Assembly: GCA_964016885.1 (NCBI GenBank)
Contig: OZ024741.1
Coordinates: 374,046,001 to 374,110,000 of the forward strand
DNA: 64,000 nucleotides
From: Eledone cirrhosa
Lineage: Eukaryota
Direction: 5' to 3'
The notes beneath the pieces were generated by a model. That model did no database searches and was not told the origin of the DNA. It saw only the letters and a program-made list of their open reading frames with translations. Positions 45,701 through 59,440 of this stretch are shown piece after piece. The position numbers and the translations under genes were made by a program. How positions within the stretch are numbered: position 1 is the first letter of the stretch; the number at the start of each line of letters is the position of its first letter.

Positions 45701-48700
45701 AATACTAACTACAATAGCAGTAATTACCAATAGTTTAATACTAACTACAGTAGCAGTAATTACCAATAGTTTAATACTAACTACAGTAGCAGTAATTACC
45801 GATAGTTTAATACTAACTACAATAGCAGTAATTACCAATAGTTTAATACTAAGTACAGTAGCAGTAATTACCAATAGTTTAATACTAACTACAATAGCAG
45901 TAATTACCAATAGTTTAATACTAACTACAGTAGCAGTAATTACCAATAGTTTAATACTAACTACAGTAGCAGTAATTACCAATAGTTTAATACTAACTAC
46001 AATAGCAGTAATTACCAATAGTTTAATACTATCTACAATAGCAGTAATTACCAATAGTTTAATACTAACTAAAGTAGCAGTAATTACAAATAGTTTAATA
46101 CTAACTACAATAGCAGTAATTACCAATAGGTTAATACTATCTACAACAGCAGTAATTACCAATAGTTTAATACTAACTACAGTAGCAGTAATTACAAATA
46201 GTTTAATACTGACTAAAATAGCAGTAATTACCAATAGTTTAATACTACCTACAATAGCAGTAATTTCCAATAGTTTAATACTAACTAGAGTAGCAGTAAT
46301 TACCAATAGTTTAATACTAACTAGAGTAGCAGTAATTACCAATAGTTTAATACTAACTACAATAGCAGTAATTACCAATAGTTTAATACTAACTACAATA
46401 GCAGTAATTACCAATAGTTTAATACTAACTACAATAGCAGTAATTACCAATAGTTTAATACTAACTACAGTAGCAGTAAATACCAATAGTTTAATACTAA
46501 CTACAACAGCAGTAATTACCAATAGTTTAATACTAACTACAGTAGCAGTAATTACCAGTAGTTTAATACTAACTACAATAGCAGCAATTACCAATAGTTT
46601 AATACTAACTACAATAGAACTAATTACCAATAGTTTAATACTAACTACAATAGCAGTAATTAACAATAGTTTAATACTAACTACAATAGAAGTAATTACC
46701 AATAGTTTAATACTAACTACAGTAGCAGTATTTACCAATAGTTTAATACTAACTACAATAGCAGTAATTACCAATAGTTTAGTACTAACTACAGTAGCAG
46801 TAATTACCAATAGTTTAATACTAACTACAGTAGCAGTAATTACCAATAGTTTAATACTAACTACAATAGCAGTAATTACCAATAGTTTAATACTAACTAC
46901 AATAGCAGTAGTTACCAATAGTTGAATACTAACTACAATAGCAGTAATTACCAGTAGTTTAATACTAACTAGAGTAGCAGTAATTACCAATAGTTTAATA
47001 CTAACTACAATAGCAGTAATTACCAATAGTTTAATACTAACTACAATAGCAGTAATTACCAATAGTTTAATACTAACTACAATAGCAGTAATTACCAATA
47101 GTTTAATACTAACTACAGTAGCAGTAATTACCAATAGTTTAATACTAACTACAGTAGCAGTAATTACCAATAGTTTAATACTAACTACAGTAGCAGTAAT
47201 TACCAATAGTTTTATACTAACTACAATAGCAGTAATTACCAATAGTTTAATACTAACTACAGTAGCAGTAATTACCAGTAGTTTAATACTAACTACAATA
47301 GCAGCAATTACCAATAGTTTAATACTAACTACAATAGAACTAATTACCAATAGTTTAATACTAACTACAATAGCAGTAATTAACAATAGTTTAATACTAA
47401 CTACAATAGAAGTAATTACCAATAGTTTAATACTAACTACAGTAGCAGTATTTACCAATAGTTTAATACTAACTACAATAGCAGTAATTACCAATAGTTT
47501 AGTACTAACTACAGTAGCAGTAATTACCAATAGTTTAATACTAACTACAGTAGCAGTAATTACCAATAGTTTAATACTAACTACAATAGCAGTAATTACC
47601 AATAGTTTAATACTAACTACAATAGCAGTAGTTACCAATAGTTGAATACTAACTACAATAGCAGTAATTACCAATAGTTTAATACTAACTACAGTAGCAG
47701 TAATTACCAATAGTTTAATACTAACTACAACAGCAATAATTACCAATAGTTTAATACTAACTACAGTAGCAGTAATTACCAATAGTTTAATACTAACTAC
47801 AATAGCAGTAATTACCAATAGTTTAATACTAACTACAACAGCAGTAAATACCAATAGTTTAATACTAACTACAATAGCAGTAATTACCAATAGTTTAATA
47901 CTAACTACAGTATGAGTAATTACCAATAGTTTAATACTAACTAGAGTAGCAGTAATTACCTATAGTTTAATACTAACTACAGTAGCAGTAATTACCAATA
48001 GTTTAATACTAACTACAGTAGCAGTAATTACCAATAGTTTTATACTAACTACAATAGCAGTAATTACCAATAGTTTAATACTAACTACAGTAGCAGTAAT
48101 TACCAATAGTTTAATACTAACTACGGTAGCAGTAATTACCAATAGTTTAATACTAACTACAATAGCAGTAATTACCAATAGTTTAATACAAACTACAATA
48201 GCAGTAATTACCAATAGTTTAATACTAACTACAATAGAAGTAATTACCAATAGTTTAATACTAACTACAGTAGCAGTATTTACCATTAGTTTAATACTAA
48301 CTACAATAGCAGTAATTACCAATAGTTTAGTACTAACTACAGTAGCAGTAATTACCAATAGTTTAATACTAACTACAGTAGCAGTAATTACCAATAGTTT
48401 AATACTAACTACAATAGCAGTAATTACCAATAGTTTAATACTAACTACAATAGCAGTAGTTACCAATAGTTGAATACTAACTACAATAGCAGTAATTACC
48501 AATAGTTTAATACTAACTACAGTAGCAGTAATTACCAATAGTTTAATACTAACTACAACAGCAATAATTACCAATAGTTTAATACTAACTACAGTAGCAG
48601 TAATTACCAATAGTTTAATACTAACTACAATAGCAGTAATTACCAATAGTTTAATACTAACTACAACAGCAGTAAATACCAATAGTTTAATACTAACTAC

Positions 48701-49480
48701 AATAGCAGTAATTACCAATAGTTTAATACTAACTACAGTATGAGTAATTACCAATAGTTTAATACTAACTACAGTAGCAGTAATTACCTATAGTTTAATA
48801 CTAACTACAGTAGCAGTAATTACCAATAGTTTAATACTAACTACAGTAGCAGTAATTACCAATAGTTTTATACTAACTACAATAGCAGTAATTACCAATA
48901 GTTTAATACTAACTACAGTAGCAGTAATTACCAATGGTTTAATACTAACTACGGTAGCAGTAATTACCAATAGTTTAATACTAACTACAATAGCAGTAAT
49001 TACCAATAGTTTAATACAAACTACAGTAGCAGTAATTACCACCAATGGTTTAATACTAACTACAACAGCAGTAATTACCAATGGTTTAATATTAACTACA
49101 GTAGCAGTAATTACCAATATTTTAATACTAACTACGGTAGCAGTAATTACCAATAGTTTAATACTAACTACAATAGCAATAATTACCAATAGTTTAATAC
49201 TAACTACAATAGCAGTAATTAGCAATAGTTTAATACTAACTACAGTAGCAGTAATTACAAATAGTTTAATACTAACTAAAATAGCAGTAATTACCAATAG
49301 TTTAATACTAACTACAATAGCAGTAATTTCCAATAGTTTAATACTAAGTAGAGTAGCAGTAATTACCAATAGTTTAATACTAACTACAGTAGCAGTAATT
49401 ACCAATAGTTTAATACTAACTACAATAGCAGTAATTACCAATAGTTTAATACTAACTACAATAGCAGTAATTACCAATAG
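42800..49480. repeat. Nested duplications with 828-, 1404- and 3747-bp offsets
   Basis: The GTATGAGT marker monomer occurs near 42759, 44163, 44991, 47910 and 48738. The 39-bp ACCACCAATGG monomer occurs near 45291 and 49038 (offset 3747 = 103x36+39). Boundaries approximate. Confidence 0.85.
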
Positions 49481-52400
49481 TTTAATGCTAACTCCAATAG
49501 CAGTAATTACCAATAGTTTAATACTAACTACAGTAGCAGTAATTACCAATAGTTTAATACTAACTCCAATAGCAGTAATTACCAATAGTTTAATACTAAC
49601 TACAGTAGCAGTAATTACCAATAGTTTAGTACTAACTATAATAGAAGTAATTACCAATAGTTTAATACTAACTACAGTAGCAGTAATTACCAATAGTTTA
49701 ATACTAACAACAATAGCAGTAATTACCAATAGTTTAATACTAACTACAATAGCAGTAATTACCAATAGTTTAATACTAACTACAATAGAAGTAATTACCA
49801 ATAGTTTAATACTAACTACAGCAGCAGTATTTACCAATAGTTTAATACTAACTACAATAGCAGTAATTACCAAGAGTTTAATACTAACTACAGTAGCAGT
49901 AATTACCAATAGTTTAATACTAACTACAACAGCAGTAATTGCCAATAGTTTAATACTAACTACAGTAGCAGTAATTACCAATAGTTTAATACTAACTACA
50001 GTAGCAGTAATTACCAATAGTTTAATACTAACTACAGTAGCAGTAATTACCAATAGTTTAATACTAACTACAGTACCAGTAATTACAAATAGTTTAATAC
50101 TAACTACAGTAGCAGTAATTTCCAATAGTTTAATACTAATTACGACAGCAGTAATTACCAATAATTTAATACTAACTACAGTAGCAGTAATTACCAATAG
50201 TTTAATACTAACTACAACAGCAGTAATTACCAATAGTTTAATACTAACTACAATAGCAGTAATTAACAATAGTTTAATACTAACTACAATAGCAGTAATT
50301 ACCAATAGTTTAATACTAACTACAGTAGCAGTAATTACCAATAGTTTAATACTAACTACAACAGCAGTAATTACCAATAGTTTAGTACTAACTGCAGTAG
50401 CAGTAATTACCAATAGTTTAATACTAACTACAGTAGCAGTAATTACCAATAGTTTAATACTAACTACAGTACCAGTAATTACAAATAGTTTAATACTAAC
50501 TACAGTAGCAGTAATTACCAATAGTTTAATACTAACTACAGTAGCAGTAATTACCAATAGTTTAATACTAACTACAACAGCAGTAATTACCAATAGTTTA
50601 ATACTCACTACAGTAGCAGTAATTACCAGTAGTTTAATACTAACTACAATAGCAGTAATTACCAATAGTTTAATACTAACTACAATAGAAGTAATTACCA
50701 ATAGTTTAATACTAACTACAGCAGCAGTATTTACCAATAGTTTAATACTAACTACAATAGCAGTAATTACCAAGAGTTTAATACTAACTACAGTAGCAGT
50801 AATTACCAATAGTTTAATACTAACTACAACAGCAGTAATTGCCAATAGTTTAATACTAACTACAGTAGCAGTAATTACCAATAGTTTAATACTAACTACA
50901 GTAGCAGTAATTACCAATAGTATAATACTAACTACAGTAGCAGTAATTACCAATAGTTTAATACTAACTACAGTACCAGTAATTACAAATAGTTTAATAC
51001 TAACTACAGTAGCAGTAATTTCCAATAGTTTAATACTAATTACGACAGCAGTAATTACCAATAATTTAATACTAACTACAGTAGCAGTAATTACCAATAG
51101 TTTAATACTAACTACAACAGCAGTAATTACCAATAGTTTAATACTAACTACAATAGCAGTAATTAACAATAGTTTAATACTAACTACAATAGCAGTAATT
51201 ACCAATAGTTTAATACTAACTACAGTAGCAGTAATTACCAATAGTTTAATACTAACTACAACAGCAGTAATTACCAATAGTTTAATACTAACTGCAGTAG
51301 CAGTAATTACCAATAGTTTAATACTAACTACAGTAGCAGTAATTACCAATAGTTTAATACTAACTACAGTACCAGTAATTACAAATAGTTTAATACTAAC
51401 TACAGTAGCAGTAATTTCCAATAGTTTAATACTCATTACGACAGCAGTAATTACCAATAATTTAATACTAACTACAGTAGCAGTAATTACCAATAGTTTA
51501 ATACTAACTACAACAGCAGTAATTACCAATAGTTTAATACTAACTACAATAGCAGTAATTACCAATAGTTTAATACTAACTACAATAGCAGTAATTACCA
51601 ATAGTTTAATACTAACTACAGTAGCAGTAATTACCAATAGTTTAATACTAACTACAGTAACAGTAATTACCAATAGTTTAATATTAACTACGGTAGCAGT
51701 AATTACCAATAGTTTAATACTAACTACAGTAGCAGTAATTACCAATAATTTAATACTAACTACTGTAACAGTAATTACCAATAGTTTAATACTAACTACA
51801 ATAGCAGTAATTACCAATAGTTTAATAAAAACTACAGTAACAGTAATTACCAATAGTTTAATACTAACTACAGTAGCAGTAATTACCAATAGTTTAATAC
51901 TAACTACAGTAGCAGTAATTACCAGTAGTTTAATACTAACTACAATAGCAGTAATTACCAATAGTTTAATACTAACTACAATAGAAGTAATTACCAATAG
52001 TTTAATACTAACTACAGTAGCAGTATTTACCAATAGTTTAATACTAACTACAATAGCAGTAATTGCCAATAGTTTAATACTAACTACAATAGCAGTAATT
52101 ACCAAAAGTTTAATACTAACTACAGTAGCAGTAATTACCAATAGTTTAATACTAACTACAGTAGCAGTAATTACCAATAGTTTAATACTAACTACAATAG
52201 CAGTAATTACCAATAGTTTAATACTAACTACAATAGCAGTAGTTACCAATAGTTGAATACTAACTACAATAGCAGTAATTACCAATAGTTTAATACTAAC
52301 TACAGTAGCAGTAATTACCAATAGTTTAATACTAACTACAACAGCAGTAATTACCAATAGTTTAATACTAACTACAATAGCAGTAATTACCAATAGTTTA

Positions 52401-54479
52401 ATACTAACTACAGTAGGAGTAATTACCAATAGTTTAATACTAACTACAGTAGCAGTAATTACCAATAGTTTAATTCTAACTACAGTAGCAGTAATTACCA
52501 ATAGATTAATACTAACTACAATAGCAGTAATTACCAATAGTTTAATACTAACTACAGTAACAGTAATTACCAATAGTTTAATACTAACTACAATAGCAGT
52601 AATTACCCATAGTTTAATACTAGATACAATAGCAGTAATTACCAATAGTTTAATACTAACTACAGTAGCATTAATTACCAATAGTTTAATACTAACTACA
52701 ATAGCAGTAATTACCAATAGTTTAATACTAACTACAGTAGCAGTAATTACCAATAGTTTAATACTAACTACGGTAGCAGTCATTACCAATAGATTTATAC
52801 TAATTACAATAGCAGTAATTACCAATATTTTAATACAAACTACAGTAGCAGTAATTACCAATAGTTTAATACTAACTACACTAGCAGTAATTACCAATGG
52901 TTTAATACTTACTACAACAGCAGTAATTACCAATGGTTTACTACTAACTACAGTAGCAGTAATTACCAATATTTTAATACTAACTACGGTAGCAGTAATT
53001 ACCAATAGTTTAATACTAACTACAATAGCACTAATTACCAATAGTTTAATACTAACTATAATAGCAGTAATTACCAATAGTTTAATACTAACTACAGTAG
53101 CAGTAATTACAAATAGTTTAATACTAACTACAATAGCCGTAATTACCAATAGTTTAATACTATCTACAACAGCAGTAATTACCAATAGTTTAATACTAAC
53201 TACAGTAACAGTAATTACCAATAGTTTAATACTAACTACAGTAGCAGTAATTACAAATAGTTTAATACTGACTAAAATAGCAGTAATTACCAATAGTTTA
53301 ATACTAACTACACTAGCAGTAATTTCCAATAGTTTAATACTAACTACAGTAGCAGTAATTACCAATAGTTTAATACTAACTACAACAGCAGTAATTACCA
53401 ATAGTTTAATACTAACTACAATAGCAGTAATTACCAATAGTTTAATACTAACTACAATAGCAGTAATTACCAATAGTTTAATACTAACTACAGTAGCAGT
53501 AATTACCAATAGTTTAATACTAACTACAACAGCAGTAATTACCAATAGTTTAATACTAACTACAGTAGCAGTAATTACCAGTAGTTTAATACTAACTACA
53601 ATAGCAGTAATTACCAATAGTTTAATACTAACAACAATAGAAGTAATTACCAATAGTTTAATACTAACTACAGTAGCAGTATTTACCAATAGTTTAATAC
53701 TAACTACAATAGCAGTAATTGCCAATAGTTTAATACTAACTAGAATAGCAGTAATTACCAATAGTTTAATACTAACTACAGTAGCAGTAATTACCAATAG
53801 TTTAATACTAACTACAGTAGCAGTAATTACCAATAGTTTAATACTAACTACAATAGCAGTAATTACCAATAGTTTAATACTAACTACAATAGCAGTAATT
53901 ACCTATAGTTTAATACTAACTACAGTAGCAGTAATTACCAATAGTTTAATACTAACTACAACAGCAGTAATTACCAATAGTTTAATACTAACTACAGTAG
54001 CAGTAATTACCAATAGTTTAATACTAACTACAATAGCAGTAATTTCCAATAGTTTAATACTAACTACGGTAGCAGTAATTACCAATAGTTTAATACTAAC
54101 TACAATAGCAGTAATTACCAATAGTTTAATACTAACTACAATACCAGTAATTACCAATAGTTTAATACTAACTACAACAGCAGTAATTACCAATAGTTTA
54201 ATACTAACTACAATAGCAGTAATTACCAATAGTTTAATACTAACTACAGTAGCAGTAATTACCAATAGTTTAATACTAACTACAACAGCAGTAATTACCA
54301 ATAGTTTAATACTAACTACAGTAGCAGTAATTACCAATAGTTTAATACTAACTACAGTAGCAGTAATTACTAATAATTTAATACTAACTACTGTAACAGT
54401 AATTACCAATAGTTTAATACTAACTACAATAGCAGTAATTACCAATAGTTTAATACTAACTACAGTAGCAGTAATTACC

Positions 54480-57400
54480 AATAGTTTAATACTAACTACA
54501 ACAGCAGTAATTACCAATAGTTTAATACTAACTACAGTAGCAGTAATTACCAATAGTTTAATACTAACCACTGTAGCAGTAATTACCAATTGTTTAATAC
54601 TAACTACAGTAAAAGTAATTACCAATAGTTTAATACTAACTACAGTAGCAGTAATTACCAATAGTTTAATACTAACTACAGTAGCAGTAATTACCAATAG
54701 TTTAATACTAACTACAGTAACAGTAATTACCAATAGTTTAATACTAACTACAGTAGCAGTAATTACCAATAGTTTAATACTAACTAGAGTAGCAGTAATT
54801 ACCAATAGTTTAATACTAACTACAGTAACAGTAATTACCAATAGTTTAATACTAACTACGGTAGCAGTAATTACCAATAGTTTAATACTAACTACAGTAG
54901 CAGTAATTACCAATAGTTTAATACTAACTACAACAGCAGTAATTACCAATAGTTTAATACTAACTACAACAGCAGTAATTACCAATAGTTTAATACTAAC
55001 TACAGTAGCAGTAATTACCAATAGTTTAATACTAACTACAGTAGCAGTAATTACCAATAATTTAATACTAACTACTGTAACAGCAATTACCAATAGTTTA
55101 ATACTAACTACAGTAGCAGTAATTACCAATAGTTTAATACTAACTACAATAGCAGTAATTACCAATAGTTTAATAGTAACTACAGTAGCAGTAATTACCA
55201 ATAGTTTAATACTAACTACAATAGCTGTAATTACCAATAGTTTAATACTAACTACAGTAGCAGTAATTACCAATAGTTTAATACTAACTACAATAGCAGT
55301 AATTACCAATAGTTTAATACTAACTACAGTAGCAGTAATTACCAATAGTTTAATACTAACTACAGTAGCAGTAATTACCAATAGTTTAATACTAACTACA
55401 ATAGCAGTAATTACCAATAGTTTAATAGTAACTACAGTAGCAGTAATTACCAATAGTTTAATACTAACTACAATAGCTGTAATTACCAATAGTTTAATAC
55501 TAACTACAGTAGCAGTAATTACCAATAGTTTAATACTAACTACAATAGCAGTAATTACCAATAGTTTAATACTAACTACAGTAGCAGTAATTACCAATAG
55601 TTTAATACTAACTACGGTAGCAGTAATTACCAATAGTTTAATACTAACTACGGTAGCAGTAATTACCAATAGTTTAATACTAACTACAACAGCAGTAATT
55701 ACCAATAGTTTAATACTAACTACAGTAGCAGTAATTACCAATAGTTTAATACTAACTACAGTAGCAGTAATTACCAATGGTTTAATACTAACTACAACAG
55801 CAGTAATTACCAATGGTTTAATACTAACTACAGTAGCAGTAATTACCAATATTTTAATACTAACTACGGTAGCAGTAATTACCATTAGTTTAATACTAAC
55901 TACAATAGCAGTAATTACCAATAGTTTAATACTAACTACAATAGCAGTAATTTCCAATAGTTTAATACTAAGTACGGTAGCAGTAATTACCAATTGTTTA
56001 ACACTAACTACAATAGCAGTAATTACCAATAGTTTAATACTAACTACAATACCAGTAATTACCAATAGTTTAATACTAACTACAGTAGCAGTAATTACCA
56101 ATAGTTTAATACTAACTACAGTAGCCGTAATTACCTATAGTTTAATACTAACTACAACAGCAGTAATTACCAATAGTTTAATACTAACTACAATAGCAGT
56201 AATTACCAATAGTTTAATACTAACTACAATAGCAGTAATTACCAATAGTTTAATACTAACTACAACAGCAGTAATTACCAATAGTTTAATACTAACTACA
56301 GTAGCAGTAATTACCAATAGTTTAATACTAACCACTGTAGCAGTAATTACCAATTGTTTAATACTAACTACAGTAAAAGTAATTACCAATAGTTTAATAC
56401 TAACTACAGTAGCAGTAATTACCAATAGTTTAATACTAACTACAGTAGCAGTAATTACCAATAGTTTAATACTAACTACAGTAACAGTAATTACCAATAG
56501 TTTAATACTAACTACAGTAGCAGTAATTACCAATAGTTTAATACTAACTAGAGTAGCAGTAATTACCAATAGTTTAATACTAACTACAGTAACAGTAATT
56601 ACCAATAGTTTAATACTAACTACGGTAGCAGTAATTACCAATAGTTTAATACTAACTACAGTAGCAGTAATTACCAATAGTTTAATACTAACTACAACAC
56701 AGTAATTACCAATAGTTTAATACTAACTACAACAGCAGTAATTACCAATAGTTTAATACTAACTACAGTAGCAGTAATTACCAATAGTTTAATACTAACT
56801 ACAGTAGCAGTAATTACCAATAATTTAATACTAACTACTGTAACAGCAATTACCAATAGTTTAATACTAACTACAGTAGCAGTAATTACCAATAGTTTAA
56901 TACTAACTACAATAGCAGTAATTACCAATAGTTTAATAGTAACTACAGTAGCAGTAATTACCAATAGTTTAATACTAACTACAATAGCTGTAATTACCAA
57001 TAGTTTAATACTAACTACAGTAGCAGTAATTACCAATAGTTTAATACTAACTACAATAGCAGTAATTACCAATAGTTTAATACTAACTACAGTAGCAGTA
57101 ATTACCAATAGTTTAATACTAACTACAGTAGCAGTAATTACCAATAGTTTAATACTAACTACAATAGCAGTAATTACCAATAGTTTAATAGTAACTACAG
57201 TAGCAGTAATTACCAATAGTTTAATACTAACTACAATAGCTGTAATTACCAATAGTTTAATACTAACTACAGTAGCAGTAATTACCAATAGTTTAATACT
57301 AACTACAATAGCAGTAATTACCAATAGTTTAATACTAACTACAGTAGCAGTAATTACCAATAGTTTAATACTAACTACGGTAGCAGTAATTACCAATAGT

Positions 57401-58000
57401 TTAATACTAACTACGGTAGCAGTAATTACCAATAGTTTAATACTAACTACAACAGCAGTAATTACCAATAGTTTAATACTAACTACAGTAGCAGTAATTA
57501 CCAATAGTTTAATACTAACTACAGTAGCAGTAATTACCAATGGTTTAATACTAACTACAACAGCAGTAATTACCAATGGTTTAATACTAACTACAGTAGC
57601 AGTAATTACCAATATTTTAATACTAACTACGGTAGCAGTAATTACCATTAGTTTAATACTAACTACAATAGCAGTAATTACCAATAGTTTAATACTAACT
57701 ACAATAGCAGTAATTTCCAATAGTTTAATACTAACTACGGTAGCAGTAATTACCAATAGTTTAATACTAACTACAATAGCAGTAATTACCAATAGTTTAA
57801 TACTAACTACAATACCAGTAATTACCAATAGTTTAATACTAACTACAGTAGCAGTAATTACCAATAGTTTAATACTAACTACAGTAGCCGTAATTACCTA
57901 TAGTTTAATACTAACTACAACAGCAGTAATTACCAATAGTTTAATACTAACTACAATAGCAGTAATTACCAATAGTTTAATACTAACTACAATAGCAGTA
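54480..58000. repeat. Tandem duplication of a 49-monomer (1764-bp) unit near the array end
   Basis: AACCACTGTAGC...CAATTGTTT...GTAAAAGT markers at 54566 and 56330. The offset becomes 1763 after a 1-bp deletion near 56699. Boundaries approximate. Confidence 0.88.
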
Positions 58001-58964
58001 ATTACCAATAGTTTAATACTAACTACAGTAGCAGTAATTACCAATAGTTTAATACTAACTACAGTAGCCGTAATTACCTATAGTTTAATACTAACTACAA
58101 CAGCAGTAATTACCAATAGTTTAATACTAACTACAACAGCAGTAATTACCAATAGTTTAATACTAACTACAATAGCAGTAATTACCAATAGTTTAATACT
58201 AACTACAGTAGCAGTAATTACCAATAGTTTAATACTAACTACAGTAGCAGTAATTACCAATAGTTTAAAACTAACTACAGTAACAGTAATTACCAATAGT
58301 TTAATAGTAATTACAGTAGCAGTAATTACCAATAGTTTAATACTAACTACAGTAGCAGTAATTACCAATAGTTTAATACTAACTACAGTAGCAGTAATTA
58401 CCAATAGTTTAATACTAACTACAGTAACAGTAATTACCAATAGTTTAATACTAACTACGGTAGCAGTAATTACCAATAGTTTAATACTAACTACAGTAGC
58501 AGTAATTACCAATAGTTTAATACTAACTACAACAGCAGTAATTACCAATAGTTTAATACTAACTACAACAGCAGTAATTACCAATAGTTTAATACTAACT
58601 ACAGTAGCAGTAATTACCAATAGTTTAATACTAACTACAGTAGCAGTAATTACCAATAATTTAATACTAACTACTGTAACAGTAATTACCAATAGTTTAA
58701 TACTAACTACAATAGCAGTAATTACCAATAGTTTAATACTAACTACAGTAACAGTAATTACCAATAGTTTAATACTAACTACAGTAGCAGTAATTACCAA
58801 TAGTTTAATATTAACTACAGTAGCAGTAATTACCAATAGTTTAATACTAACTACAACAGCAGTAATTACCAATAGTTTAATACTAACTACAGTAGCAGTA
58901 ATTAGCCATAGTTTATTACCAATAGTTTTATACTAATTGCAATAGAAGTAATTACCAAAGGTTT

Positions 58965-59228
58965 GTAATGTATGGCATGAAATTTAGACTATATCAATAT
59001 TTAATGACCAACATGTCATTGAAGGTTCATTGCTTGAATTTCCATTTGACACTTTCCGGGAACCAGTCTACGGAGAGTGGTCAATATAGTAAGTGTTTTC
59101 ATTGAGATATGTTTATCATGAAAACGCATTAAGAGTTTTGTTTGCTGACGACAGCTGAGACATGTCTCTGAGGAAACGCCCAGGATAAACCAGCTATTTA
59201 TCAAAATAAGATCGAAAAAACATACTTG
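58965..59228. other. Unique non-repetitive spacer between the satellite and the putative transposon end
   Basis: About 264 bp of complex AT-rich sequence with no similarity to either array. Confidence 0.85.
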
Positions 59229-59440
59229 TACCGTATTCTTCCGTGTGTTGTCCGCATTCGTGTATAAGACGCACCTCGTTTTGACCAGAAAAATGTCTGG
59301 AAAAAATCTAGTTTGGGTGTATAACACGCAGGAGAAAACGGGAAAATTTGCCGCTGGACCTTCTAGCTAGCGAACATTGGCGAATGAAGAGGTGTTTTAT
59401 TTTCCAGTTAAAAGATAATTAGCCAGTTAATTAAATTTTT

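Larger units (their letters stand above)
1..58964. repeat. 36-bp AT-rich tandem satellite array, about 1,620 monomers, runs off the left edge of the window
   Basis: Head-to-tail repetition of CAATAGTTTAATACTAACTACA(G/A)TAGCAGTAATTAC in one orientation. Most units are within 0-3 substitutions of consensus, with rare 35-, 37- and 39-bp units. The last two units (about 58895-58964) are degenerate. Confidence 0.99.

Noticed and set aside
11795-56705. Singleton 1-bp indels (about 11802, 19969, 36641, 56699) as programmed frameshifts
   Set aside because: They appear once each and are absent from related copies where I could compare; most simply sequencing errors or private mutations.
2549-58872. 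Long ORFs as genes for repeat, membrane or surface proteins
   Set aside because: They are pure translations of the monomer on both strands, mostly with non-ATG starts. They have no unique domains, and their ends are set by sporadic indels or stops that are themselves duplicated.
1-58964. CRISPR array (36-bp, partly palindromic repeat)
   Set aside because: Repeats are directly adjacent with no unique spacers, no leader and no cas genes.
59157-59168. Perfect palindrome GAGACATGTCTC containing a p53-type half-site (AGACATGTCT)
   Set aside because: Only one half-site with no adjacent second decamer; no support for function.
59016-59327. 103-aa minus-strand ORF
   Set aside because: Non-ATG start, reads backwards through the putative transposon terminus into flanking DNA, and has no recognisable domain.
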